Under the pieces are notes generated by a model. It saw only the letters and a program-made list of their open reading frames with translations. It was not told where the DNA came from and searched no databases. Shown here piece after piece: positions 1-9,138 of a DNA stretch of 33,886 nucleotides; position 1 is the first letter of the stretch; each line of letters starts with the position of its first letter. Origin of the DNA: an uncultured Clostridium sp. (GTDB taxonomy: Bacteria > Bacillota_I > Bacilli_A > RF39 > UBA660). The position numbers and the translations under genes were made by a program. Location: NCBI GenBank assembly GCA_964507635.1, contig CAZDPZ010000002.1, positions 1 to 33,886 of the forward strand, given 5' to 3'.

Positions 1-52
1 TTATTCCAATTACTAATAACAATACTGATTTATTTTTATTATTCTCTTTCAT
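1..52 (-). CDS. N-terminal fragment of a CDS that runs off the left window edge (MKENNKNKSVLLLVIGI..., basic then hydrophobic, signal/TM-like)
   Basis: ATG at 50-52 on the minus strand, with GAGGT (58-62) 5 nt upstream. The frame stays open to position 1. Too short to appear in the ORF track. Confidence 0.3.
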   Translation of the reverse strand, partial: MKENNKNKSVLLLVIGI

Positions 53-71
53 AAGTTACCTCTATAATATA

Positions 72-839
72 CTATTTATTTTTTTTATTTGATTTATTTA
101 CTTTTTTCTTAACTGTTGGTTTCTTTTTAATAATTTTCTCTTCTTTTGGAATTTCTACTTTTGTTTCTTCTTTTTTTTCTATAATAACTGGTTTTTCTAT
201 TTTTATTTTTTTTACTTTTTTATTTTCTTTTTTTACTTTTAAGTCATCATCTTCTAGTAATGAAACTAAATATGCTTCTAACTTTGGATTTCTAATTACA
301 ATCATTAATAGTGGTTCAAATAAACTAATAAGTCCAAAAGTCATAAAGTAATATCCAAGTACTAAACATTGTAAATTAACTTTATCATATAAATTAGATA
401 TTATTAAAACTCCTAATAATGCTAATAGAATTGTAATTGACATTTTAGGATATAAATTAATATTTTTTTCTTTCATTAATACACTAGTATGATAACCTTT
501 ATTAATGAAATTAAGAATTGAATATATAAGTATTGCTGTACCTAAAACGAAACTTGAATTAGGATTATATGAATTAACTAAAACAAATGACCCTACTATT
601 ATATTAATAAGTCCAAAGAATAAATACTCATAGTCATTTGGTCTTCTATTAACAAAATATGCTACTAAAGCAAAGAATCCAAACATGTAAAATAATGGGG
701 GAGCATATTCCATAATATTTAATAATTCTATTTCTGGAAATTTAAGTATCATATAACCTATCACTGCAATAACACAATATAGCATGATATCAACTCCTAA
801 AAGAGTTCTATCAAATTCTTTAATAATTACTTTTTTCAT
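72..839 (-). CDS. Polytopic membrane protein of unknown function with a roughly 55-aa Lys/Glu-rich C-terminal tail
   Basis: 255-aa ORF with about six hydrophobic helices and an AGGAGTG RBS. The tail reads KKENKKVKKIKIEKP...KKKVNKSNKKNK. No family motif recognised. Confidence 0.65.
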   Translation of the reverse strand: MKKVIIKEFDRTLLGVDIMLYCVIAVIGYMILKFPEIELLNIMEYAPPLFYMFGFFALVAYFVNRRPNDYEYLFFGLINIIVGSFVLVNSYNPNSSFVLGTAILIYSILNFINKGYHTSVLMKEKNINLYPKMSITILLALLGVLIISNLYDKVNLQCLVLGYYFMTFGLISLFEPLLMIVIRNPKLEAYLVSLLEDDDLKVKKENKKVKKIKIEKPVIIEKKEETKVEIPKEEKIIKKKPTVKKKVNKSNKKNK

Positions 840-896
840 TTAACACTCCTACTATTCTATTATTAATTTTATAATATTTGATTATCTATGTCAATC

Positions 897-2066
897 TTAA
901 TCAGTTGAATCTTCTTTTTCTTTATATTCAAAGAAATGATACTTGTTATCTAAAAATACATAAATTATTTTTATAAGTGCTACACATGGTGTTGCTATAA
1001 TCATTCCAAATATTCCAAAGAAATATCCAAATATTAATAAAGAAATTATTATTGTAACAGGACTTAAGTTCATCTTTTTACTCATAACAAGTGGTTGTAA
1101 AACATTACCATCAATTGTTTGAACAATAAGTATAAATACTAAAGTTAATATTCCAATAACTGGACTTTCTGCAAATCCTATAGCACCAGCTATAGCAGCA
1201 CCTAAGTAAGGTCCAATATATGGAATTAAATTAGTTATAACACATATAAATGACATCAATACTGGAGCATTTAATCCTATTAATGAAAAACCTATAACTG
1301 AAACAACAAATAATAATAATGAAAGCCATAATGTACCACTAACAAATGAATATAGTGAATTATTTAATTCTCCTAATAAATATTGTACATCCCTTCTAGA
1401 TCTTTTAGGAAATAAATTAATAAATCCTGTAGAAAACTTTTTAAAATCAAATGATATATAGAATCCTATAATTAAACTTAATAAAATGTTTCCAACTCCA
1501 CTTACTACACCAGAAATAATATTAATAGCTGTTTCAGGTAAATTCTTTTGTATTCCACTAGCATAAGCATTAATCTTTTTCAAGAAAGATTCTTTAACAG
1601 CATCTAAATTTTCTAAACTTAAGTTTGATAGTTTAATAAATAAGTCATCTATCCATTTATTAATATCTGAAACTATTCCTGGAATAGCTGAAACGATCTC
1701 TGTAATTTGGGTTCCTAATGATGGTAATGTAAATGCACATATAGCATAAATTAATATCAAGAATCCTAAATAAACTATTATAACTGCTAAAGGTCTTTTA
1801 ATTTTTTTAGCAGATAATTTATCAACTAAAGGTGTAAGAAGCCAAGCAATAAACCAACCTATAAATAAAGGTGATATTATTGATAGTATTTTACCTACTA
1901 TTTGAAGAATTTTCCATTCCTTAAATATTAAACTTCCTACATATATAAGTAAAATAATAAATAATACATATAGTATTTTTAATATTTTGTTTCCAGTAGT
2001 AACTAAATCATTTACTTTTCTTGTATTTACTTTCTTTTCAACATTTTTTTTAAAATTTTCCATCAT
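897..2066 (-). CDS. AI-2E family transporter (PerM/YhhT-like permease)
   Basis: 389 aa and multi-TM. The conserved C-terminal half (NLIPYIGPYLG, DGNVLQPLVMSKKMNLSPV) is typical of the AI-2E/UPF0118 family. AGGAG RBS 5 nt before the ATG. Confidence 0.8.
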   Translation of the reverse strand: MMENFKKNVEKKVNTRKVNDLVTTGNKILKILYVLFIILLIYVGSLIFKEWKILQIVGKILSIISPLFIGWFIAWLLTPLVDKLSAKKIKRPLAVIIVYLGFLILIYAICAFTLPSLGTQITEIVSAIPGIVSDINKWIDDLFIKLSNLSLENLDAVKESFLKKINAYASGIQKNLPETAINIISGVVSGVGNILLSLIIGFYISFDFKKFSTGFINLFPKRSRRDVQYLLGELNNSLYSFVSGTLWLSLLLFVVSVIGFSLIGLNAPVLMSFICVITNLIPYIGPYLGAAIAGAIGFAESPVIGILTLVFILIVQTIDGNVLQPLVMSKKMNLSPVTIIISLLIFGYFFGIFGMIIATPCVALIKIIYVFLDNKYHFFEYKEKEDSTD

Positions 2067-2124
2067 ATTAACTCCTATAATAATAATATCATATAATTAA
2101 ATAAAAAAATAGTTCAATATTAAA

Positions 2125-2244
2125 CTATTTTAAATCATTTTTAACTTTTTTAGCCTTTTTCATATACCTTGCTATATCTTTATCATATGTTTTATAAAGT
2201 AGTCCCATTCCTACACCTGAAGCAAATAACATAGCATTCTTCAT
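2125..2244 (-). CDS. Possible small protein (39 aa, MKNAMLFASGVGMGLLYKTYDKDIARYMKKAKKVKNDLK), with a hydrophobic N-terminus and basic C-terminus
   Basis: Hand translation of the 216-bp gap between recD2 and the AI-2E gene. The stop codon sits in an AT-rich hairpin (2106-2131) followed by a T-run on the minus strand. The only SD-like sequence (AAGGAGAG, 2262-2269) is about 18 nt from the ATG, which is too far to be convincing. Confidence 0.3.
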   Translation of the reverse strand: MKNAMLFASGVGMGLLYKTYDKDIARYMKKAKKVKNDLK

Positions 2245-2282
2245 AATTTTAATAATATCACTCTCCTTAATATTATTATTAA

Positions 2283-4457
2283 TTATAAATCATTTTTTAT
2301 ACATTTTTTCATACATGTATTTCTATTAGTAGCATAAGCAGTACTAACAGATAGATTTAATGAATTAATGCTACCTAAAATAATTAAACTTGATTTAGCT
2401 CTAGTTACAGCAGTATATATTAATTTATTATAAAACATTCTATTAAAACTTTTAGCAAGTATTACTACTACATTATCATATTCACTTCCTTGTGATTTAT
2501 GAATACTAATCGCATAAGCTAGTGTAAATCTATCTAATTCTCCACTCTTATATTCTACTATATTTCCCATATAATCAATTTCTACTATTAATTTAGAATT
2601 AATATAATTAATGTTTTTTATATATCCAATATCTCCATTAAATACATTATTATCTACATCATTAACAAGTTGAATTACTTTATCATTAACTCTAAAATAT
2701 TTATCATTAATTATAAATTTTTTTTCATTAGGATTAAAAATACTCGCCATCATATCATTTAAAGCATCTATTCCATTTATTCCTTTATACATAGGTGCTA
2801 ATACTTGAAATGAATCTATTTTAATACCCTTTTTAATAATGTTTTTACATATTTTAGATAAGTATTCTAAAATATCATCATCATTAGAATCTATGAATCT
2901 AAAATCATCATATAATTCATTATTAAAAGATTCAAATTTAACTTTATTTTTAATATCATTTGCTAAATAAGTAATATAACTTCCTTCTTTTACTCTATAT
3001 ATAATATTTAAATATTTTTTATTTACTTTAGGAATATTTAATAAATCATGTAATACATCTCCTGGTCCTATAGAAGGTAATTGATTTTCATCTCCTACTA
3101 ATATTAATTTTACATTATTTTGTAAGCCATTAAGTAAAGATAAAAACAAAAATATGTCAATCATACTAGATTCATCTACAATAACTATTTTCTCATGTGA
3201 TTTATTATTTTCATCTATTAAAAATGAATCAGTTTCTTTATTCCATTTTAAATACTTATGTAATGTATATGCATTTCTTTTAACACTTTCTGCCATTCTT
3301 TTAGCACTTCTTCCTGTTGGAGCAAGTAATGCAATATCTTCATAAGTGGTATCATAAATATCAGATAATATTTCTACTATAGCTTTTATTATTGTAGTTT
3401 TTCCAGTACCTGGTCCTCCAGATATTATAAAAAAATTATTTAATACACTCCCCTTTATAGCATCTTTTTGATCTTCATTAAAAGTTATATTATTTCTTTT
3501 TTCATATTCTTTTATTTTATTAAGTATTTCACTTTCTTTAACACTATCTTTAATACTATTTAATCTTGTTATTATATTAAATATATCATTTTCCGTTTCA
3601 TAAAAATTATAAAGTGATACATAATCATTATATTCTATGATACTTTTATCTTTTTTTAATTTTTCTAAAAAAGCTATATACTTTTCAGCACTAAAATTAT
3701 TTACAAAACATCTTTTCATTCTAATAAATAATTCTTCTTTATTAACTAAAGTATCTCCCGTTTCATAACACATTAAATAAATATTATGTTTTATTAGTGC
3801 TTCTATTCTTACATTAGAATCCTCTTCATTATTATTTAAAAATATTTTATCAATCTTATCAAAACTAACATAATCTACTAATTCATATATATTATCTTCT
3901 ATTATACTTTTAATTCTAGAATTATATAAAGTAATTAAATTAATAGCTTCTTTAACACTAAAGCCATAAGAATTAAGACTAATTATTAAATCTTGATTAA
4001 GTTCATTATCTAATACTTTATCATGCATTCTTTGAGCTTTTAAAACTGTCATTCCACTTACATTTGCTAAACTTTCGTAATTATTTTTAATAGTATCTAT
4101 TGTATTAGTACCAAATCTTTCTACTATTTTCTTAGCTGTTTTAAGTCCTATTCCTTTAAATAATCCACTACTTAAATATAATATTAAACTATCTAAATCA
4201 TTAGGCTCTTTTATTTCATAGTTTTCTACTTGATATTGAATACCATATTTAGGATGACTAACTAACTTACCATAAAATACATAATCAACATTATCATTTA
4301 TTTCACTAAAAGAACCAGTAAAACTTATTATCTTATCAATATAAGAATCTAACTCATCATCATTAGTTTCTCTTACTTTAAAAATACCAACTTTATATGG
4401 ACTATTATTACTTTGATATATAATTTTTCTAATGTTTCCTAATATATATTTCTTCAT
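2283..4457 (-). CDS. recD2: RecD2-type SF1 ATP-dependent DNA helicase (YrrC-like)
   Basis: Walker A GGPGTGKTT, motif II VIVDESSMID, LVGDENQLPSIGPG, and C-terminal YAISIHKSQGSEY. The N-terminal OB/HhH layout (HPKYGIQYQV, LSSGLFKGIGLKTAKKIV) resembles B. subtilis YrrC. The ORF-track start (GTG at 4526) abuts the tRNA, so the ATG at 4457 (MKKYILGN) is preferred. Confidence 0.88.
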   Translation of the reverse strand: MKKYILGNIRKIIYQSNNSPYKVGIFKVRETNDDELDSYIDKIISFTGSFSEINDNVDYVFYGKLVSHPKYGIQYQVENYEIKEPNDLDSLILYLSSGLFKGIGLKTAKKIVERFGTNTIDTIKNNYESLANVSGMTVLKAQRMHDKVLDNELNQDLIISLNSYGFSVKEAINLITLYNSRIKSIIEDNIYELVDYVSFDKIDKIFLNNNEEDSNVRIEALIKHNIYLMCYETGDTLVNKEELFIRMKRCFVNNFSAEKYIAFLEKLKKDKSIIEYNDYVSLYNFYETENDIFNIITRLNSIKDSVKESEILNKIKEYEKRNNITFNEDQKDAIKGSVLNNFFIISGGPGTGKTTIIKAIVEILSDIYDTTYEDIALLAPTGRSAKRMAESVKRNAYTLHKYLKWNKETDSFLIDENNKSHEKIVIVDESSMIDIFLFLSLLNGLQNNVKLILVGDENQLPSIGPGDVLHDLLNIPKVNKKYLNIIYRVKEGSYITYLANDIKNKVKFESFNNELYDDFRFIDSNDDDILEYLSKICKNIIKKGIKIDSFQVLAPMYKGINGIDALNDMMASIFNPNEKKFIINDKYFRVNDKVIQLVNDVDNNVFNGDIGYIKNINYINSKLIVEIDYMGNIVEYKSGELDRFTLAYAISIHKSQGSEYDNVVVILAKSFNRMFYNKLIYTAVTRAKSSLIILGSINSLNLSVSTAYATNRNTCMKKCIKNDL

Positions 4458-4527
4458 AAATAGTATTGTATCATAAAATAGTTTCTTTTTATTAAAAAAC
4501 TTACATTCAATGTAAGTTATATTCACT

Positions 4528-4604
4528 TGGCGTCCTTGGGCAGAGTCGAACTGCCGACTTACGACTTAGGAGGTCGTTACTCTATCCATCTGAGTTACAA
4601 GGAC
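4528..4604 (-). tRNA. tRNA-Arg (anticodon CCU), 77 nt with encoded CCA
   Basis: Hand-folded cloverleaf from the only GC-rich non-coding patch. Acceptor GTCCTTG/CAAGGAC; D stem ACTC/GAGT; anticodon stem ACGAC/GTCGT with loop CT-CCT-AA; variable AAGTC; T stem GGCAG/CTGCC with loop TTCGACT; discriminator G; CCA. Confidence 0.9.
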
Positions 4605-4644
4605 ACGAGAATATTGTATCACTTTAATATAAATTTTTCTATTA

Positions 4645-5139
4645 TTATATAGTAAAAACTCTAGCACATAATAAAACAGTTTTATTTAATGAAAATACAA
4701 TATTAAATTTAAAAAATTCATAAAAACTAACTACTTTATCTGATAAACATACAATATATGATTCTTTATATTTTGGTCTAGGTTTAGTTAGAGGATACAT
4801 ATGAGAAAGTATAATATCTTCTTCTATTTCATTTAATTCAAAATAACTACGAGCATTATTTAATGCTTCAACTGGATGTACTTTTAAATATAAATTATAG
4901 TTTAATTTATTTTTATTTATATCATCTAAAGTAAAAAAATCATGTAATAAAGAACCTCTTGTACAAGAAATGTAATCAAGATTTAAAAATTTTGACAAAT
5001 AAAAACTTACTTTAGATACTCTTGAAATATGATCTAGTCTATTACTTCCATGATGAAGTATTACTTTTAATTCTCTATATTTATTAACACTATAAAATTC
5101 ACTATATATATTATAATATTCTTTTTTATAATTATTCAT
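4645..5139 (-). CDS. HD-domain metal-dependent phosphohydrolase (small stand-alone type)
   Basis: 164 aa with the His/Asp pattern HHGSNRLDH ... LLHDFF ... VHP ... SHMYP ... LSDK, typical of small HD-superfamily hydrolases. Confidence 0.75.
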   Translation of the reverse strand: MNNYKKEYYNIYSEFYSVNKYRELKVILHHGSNRLDHISRVSKVSFYLSKFLNLDYISCTRGSLLHDFFTLDDINKNKLNYNLYLKVHPVEALNNARSYFELNEIEEDIILSHMYPLTKPRPKYKESYIVCLSDKVVSFYEFFKFNIVFSLNKTVLLCARVFTI

Positions 5140-5151
5140 ATCTTCTTTTCT

Positions 5152-5526
5152 TTATATCCATTTTGGTATATAAAGATTCCTTGTGTATCCTTCCATATAC
5201 TTATTAAATTCTTTAATTATTTCATTAACTATTATTAATAATACGTTATTACTATGCTTAGGCACTTTTAAAGACTTTAAAAAACCATCTAATATTTTCT
5301 TAAATTCTCTATCATCAAAGTATCTTACGATAGCACTATTTAAATTTTCTACTTTTTTTATTAATGATTTATCCCTAACATTAATACTAAATATATATGA
5401 CTGATATATTCCTATAACTTTATCACTCATAATATCAAATTCACTAATTTCCTCATTTATAATTCTATAATATTCAGGACAATGTTTAATAATTATCTTG
5501 TTGGATAAATATCCTTCGTCTTTCAT
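5152..5526 (-). CDS. Hypothetical cytoplasmic protein (124 aa)
   Basis: The ATG (5524-5526) directly abuts the rseP stop (5527-5529), with GGTGAG upstream inside rseP. No motif recognised. Confidence 0.6.
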   Translation of the reverse strand: MKDEGYLSNKIIIKHCPEYYRIINEEISEFDIMSDKVIGIYQSYIFSINVRDKSLIKKVENLNSAIVRYFDDREFKKILDGFLKSLKVPKHSNNVLLIIVNEIIKEFNKYMEGYTRNLYIPKWI

Positions 5527-6585
5527 CTATCCGCTCACCAGCTTAATAATATCATTAAATGTTACATATATTACTAAAAGTATCATTATTCCAAATCCAA
5601 TATAATTAATCATTAGTTCTGCTTTATCACTTAATTTATGTTTTGTAATTTTTTCGATTATTAATAATAGTACTCTTCCACCATCAAATACAGGAACAGG
5701 TATTAAATTAATAATACCAACATTTATACTTAAATATGCTAGTAAATATAAAAGAACTTCTAATCCTTGAGATTTTACTTGATCAATAATTGAATATATT
5801 CCTACAGGTCCACTTAAATTTTTAACAGATACTTGTCCAGTAAATAATGAACCTAATATTTTAAATATTGTTGATGTAGTGTCCCAAAATCCATTAAAAG
5901 CATATTTTAATGAATTAACAAATCCTTTTTCATGAACAGTTCCACTAAATATTATTCCAAATTTTGGACTCTTTACTCCATCCTCTTCAACTATCTTAGG
6001 AATAAGATTATATTCTTCTTTACTTCCATCCTCTTTTTCAACAACAAATGTATATACTTCTTTTATTTTTTTTGCTGATACTTCTAATAAAAATTCATCT
6101 AAATTATTAATTGAAACACCATTTACTTCAACAATTAAATCACCGGATTCAATTCCTGTTTTATATGCTATTCCATCTTCTGTTACTTCTCCTATTCTTG
6201 CTTCACTTATAGGTTGCCCATATAAAAGACCACTAATAAAGAATACAACAATAGCTAGTAAACAATTAAATATTATACCATTTAAGAATACCCATAATTG
6301 TCCTAAAAAACTTTTATGTTCAAGAACTTCATTTTTATTTATTTTATTTTCTGGATCTTCTTTTTCAGCCATTGATACAAATCCACCTATTGGAAATGCT
6401 CTTAATGAATATTTAATTTTACTTTTTTTTGATATATGTTTCCATATAACAGGTCCCATTCCTATAGAAAACTCATCAATATGAACTCCTATTATTTTAG
6501 CGGAAATAAAATGTCCAAACTCATGAACAAATATTATTATCCCAAGTATCAATATAAGTATTAATAACGTAATTATAAAATTCAA
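5527..6585 (-). CDS. rseP: RIP site-2 zinc metalloprotease RseP/RasP (M50 family with PDZ domain)
   Basis: HEFGHF zinc motif in TM1, a central PDZ-like segment, and the NLIPVPVFDGGR (NxxPxxxxDG) motif. TTG start with a GGAGGG RBS 6 nt upstream. Confidence 0.92.
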   Translation of the reverse strand: MNFIITLLILILILGIIIFVHEFGHFISAKIIGVHIDEFSIGMGPVIWKHISKKSKIKYSLRAFPIGGFVSMAEKEDPENKINKNEVLEHKSFLGQLWVFLNGIIFNCLLAIVVFFISGLLYGQPISEARIGEVTEDGIAYKTGIESGDLIVEVNGVSINNLDEFLLEVSAKKIKEVYTFVVEKEDGSKEEYNLIPKIVEEDGVKSPKFGIIFSGTVHEKGFVNSLKYAFNGFWDTTSTIFKILGSLFTGQVSVKNLSGPVGIYSIIDQVKSQGLEVLLYLLAYLSINVGIINLIPVPVFDGGRVLLLIIEKITKHKLSDKAELMINYIGFGIMILLVIYVTFNDIIKLVSG

Positions 6586-6600
6586 GTTTATCCCTCCAAA

Positions 6601-7398
6601 CTATATTAGTGATTCAACAAGTGCAAAAGCAAGTATTACTAATATTAAACTATCAAATCTATCAAGCACTCCACCGTGTCCCGGCATAATTTTACCAAAG
6701 TCTTTTATATCATATTTTCTCTTTATACTAGAGAAAATTAAATCCCCAAATTGACTTACTAAAGATAGAAATAAAGACACTAATATAACTACAATAATAG
6801 GACAACTATAATCAACAAATGTTATAAAGAATATTGTAGGAATAAATGTACCAAATAATGTTCCACCTACCATTCCTTCTATTGTTTTATTAGGAGATAT
6901 TGTTGGACATAATTTATTCTTCCCGATTTGTGTTCCAAAGAAATGTGCAAAAGTATCACTCATTGTAGTTACTAATACAATATATATAACATAATATAAA
7001 CTTAATCCTCTTAATGTAATTAGAAAATTAAAAGCAATTCCTAAAAACAAAACACTTCCTAATAAATAAAATGCATCATCTGGATCATATACATTCCTGT
7101 CTTCGTAAATAAGTAAGGGTAATGTAATTAATAATATACTAACTATTATTATTTTATAATCAATTAAAAATAAACCATTATTTGTACATCCATTATACAT
7201 TAGTAATATGAATGATATCATTGATACTATTTTTACTAAAATAGGAATACTTTTATATTTTTCTCTTGATAATAATAATTCATTAAAACCTATTATTCCA
7301 AGAATACAAACTCCTACGTTAAACCATAATCCTCCTAATATAAGAAGCGGAACTAATATTACTATTGCAACCACTGCACTAATAATTCTTTTTTTCAT
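6601..7398 (-). CDS. cdsA: Phosphatidate cytidylyltransferase (CDP-diglyceride synthase)
   Basis: Signature SSIKRKYDIKDFGKIMPGHGGVLDRFDS in a multi-TM protein. The ORF-track start at 7407 is a GTG lying inside the AGGTGA RBS, so the ATG at 7398 (MKKRIIS) is preferred. Confidence 0.92.
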   Translation of the reverse strand: MKKRIISAVVAIVILVPLLILGGLWFNVGVCILGIIGFNELLLSREKYKSIPILVKIVSMISFILLMYNGCTNNGLFLIDYKIIIVSILLITLPLLIYEDRNVYDPDDAFYLLGSVLFLGIAFNFLITLRGLSLYYVIYIVLVTTMSDTFAHFFGTQIGKNKLCPTISPNKTIEGMVGGTLFGTFIPTIFFITFVDYSCPIIVVILVSLFLSLVSQFGDLIFSSIKRKYDIKDFGKIMPGHGGVLDRFDSLILVILAFALVESLI

Positions 7399-7454
7399 AT
7401 TATTCACCTAAAATAATTATATCATTCATTAAAATATAAAACAAGAAAAAAGTA

Positions 7455-8144
7455 TTACTTACAATACTCATTCTTAATTTCTTCATTATATACTAATGTT
7501 GAATTTTTATATAAATTACACCATTTATCTTCTATAGTTATTAACTTTAACTCTTCACATTTTCCATTAATATATTTAGAATTATATTCTAAACCATCAA
7601 CTTTTTTATAACAATAATAATTATCTATATTATCTTTATATTCCCATTTATTTTCATTTTCATTATAAGTAGGATATAAAGCAATACTTATTCCTTCATC
7701 TAACTTTATAGAAGTTTCTATTATTTTTGGAGAAAGCTTCATAAAAGTTAAAGAAACATAAACTGCATTATCTACTTCCTCTTTACTTTTCATAATATCA
7801 ATCATTTCTCTTGTATATATATTATTATATGAGATTATAGATAAATCGCTTTTTGATATTTTATAGTTAGATGCATTAGTATAATACTCATCTACAAATT
7901 CATATGTAAGAGGACACACTGCATCATCTTCACCATATGAACCAATAATAATTGATTTATCTTTAGTACAATACCATACTTTATAAAATAAAGAATTATA
8001 TACTATCATTTCTGAATCTTTATACTCTTTTTTAATAGATATTTTAGGAACAACATTTTTCTTTTTAACCATGAAATAATCTATATAAGAAACTAATCCA
8101 AATATGATAATTAAAACTAATAAAACTTTTAAAACATTTTTCAT
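7455..8144 (-). CDS. Hypothetical N-terminally membrane-anchored, Cys-containing extracytoplasmic protein (229 aa)
   Basis: Single N-terminal hydrophobic helix followed by an Asn/Tyr/Lys-rich domain with 6 Cys. The ATG lies 1 nt after the arcB stop. No family recognised. Confidence 0.65.
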   Translation of the reverse strand: MKNVLKVLLVLIIIFGLVSYIDYFMVKKKNVVPKISIKKEYKDSEMIVYNSLFYKVWYCTKDKSIIIGSYGEDDAVCPLTYEFVDEYYTNASNYKISKSDLSIISYNNIYTREMIDIMKSKEEVDNAVYVSLTFMKLSPKIIETSIKLDEGISIALYPTYNENENKWEYKDNIDNYYCYKKVDGLEYNSKYINGKCEELKLITIEDKWCNLYKNSTLVYNEEIKNEYCK

Positions 8145-8145
8145 A

Positions 8146-9138
8146 CTACTTCTTTAGTGTTGCATAAATAACAGCTTTTATTGTATGTAATCTATTTTCT
8201 GCTTCATCAAAAACTACTGAGTTTTTAGATTCAAATACTTCATTTGTTACTTCCATCTCAGGAATATTAAATTTATTATTTATGTCTACTCCAATAGATG
8301 TATTTAAATCATGAAACGAAGGTAAAGCATGCATAAATATAACGTCTTTTGATGCTGATAAAATAACACTTTTATTTACTTGATAAGGACGTAATAATTT
8401 AATACGACTAGCCCATATTTCATCAGGTTCTCCCATTGATACCCATACATCAGCATATATTGCATTAGCATCTTTAACTCCCTCATTTACATCCTCAGTT
8501 TGAGTTATAGTGCATCCATTCTTTTTAGCAATATCTTTTGCTTTATTTAATACTTCTTCACTACACCATAGTTCACGAGGTCCACATGCTGTATAATTTA
8601 CTCCCATTTTAGCACTCATAATCATTAATGAATTAGAAATATTATTTCTTGTATCACCTACAAAAGTTAAATTCAATCCCTTTAAATGTCCAAAATGTTC
8701 CTCCATTGTTAAGAAGTCTGCTAATACTTGAGTAGGATGTGCATAATCGGTTAATCCATTCCATACGGGAACACCTGCATATTTAGCAAGTTCTTCAACT
8801 GCACTTTGCTTAAATCCTCTAAATTCTATTCCTTCATACATTCTACTAAGTACTCTTGCTGTATCTGCAATACTTTCTTTTTTACCAAGTTGACTTCCAC
8901 TTGAATCTAAATATGTACAATTCATACCTAAATCAAAAGCAGACACTTCAAAAGAACATCTAGTTCTAGTGGAAGTTTTTTCAAATATTAAAGCTATATT
9001 ATATCCATCCAAATATTTATGTGGTTCGTGATTGTGTTTCTTCTCTTTTAAAGTTTTTGATAAATCAAGTAAATATCTTATTTCTTCTTCAGTAAAATCT
9101 TCTATTTTTAAAAAATTTCTTCTTCTTAAATCAACCAT
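8146..9138 (-). CDS. arcB: Ornithine carbamoyltransferase, probably catabolic because of its arcA context
   Basis: STRTRCSFE, HPTQ, DVWVSMGE and a C-terminal AENRLHTIKA. The usual HCLP motif reads HALP here. The start abuts the arcA stop. Confidence 0.9.
   Translation of the reverse strand: MVDLRRRNFLKIEDFTEEEIRYLLDLSKTLKEKKHNHEPHKYLDGYNIALIFEKTSTRTRCSFEVSAFDLGMNCTYLDSSGSQLGKKESIADTARVLSRMYEGIEFRGFKQSAVEELAKYAGVPVWNGLTDYAHPTQVLADFLTMEEHFGHLKGLNLTFVGDTRNNISNSLMIMSAKMGVNYTACGPRELWCSEEVLNKAKDIAKKNGCTITQTEDVNEGVKDANAIYADVWVSMGEPDEIWASRIKLLRPYQVNKSVILSASKDVIFMHALPSFHDLNTSIGVDINNKFNIPEMEVTNEVFESKNSVVFDEAENRLHTIKAVIYATLKK

Noticed and set aside
4458-4526. N-terminal extension of the recD2 ORF (MNITYIECKFFNKKKLFYDTILF) starting at a GTG.
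   Set aside because: It ends 1 nt from the tRNA 3' end and has no RBS. The RecD2-like N-terminus begins at the ATG at 4457.
4528-4604. The tRNA-Arg gene as an integration site for a genomic island.
   Set aside because: There is no integrase, no recombinase and no direct repeat of the tRNA 3' half nearby. The flanking genes are housekeeping.
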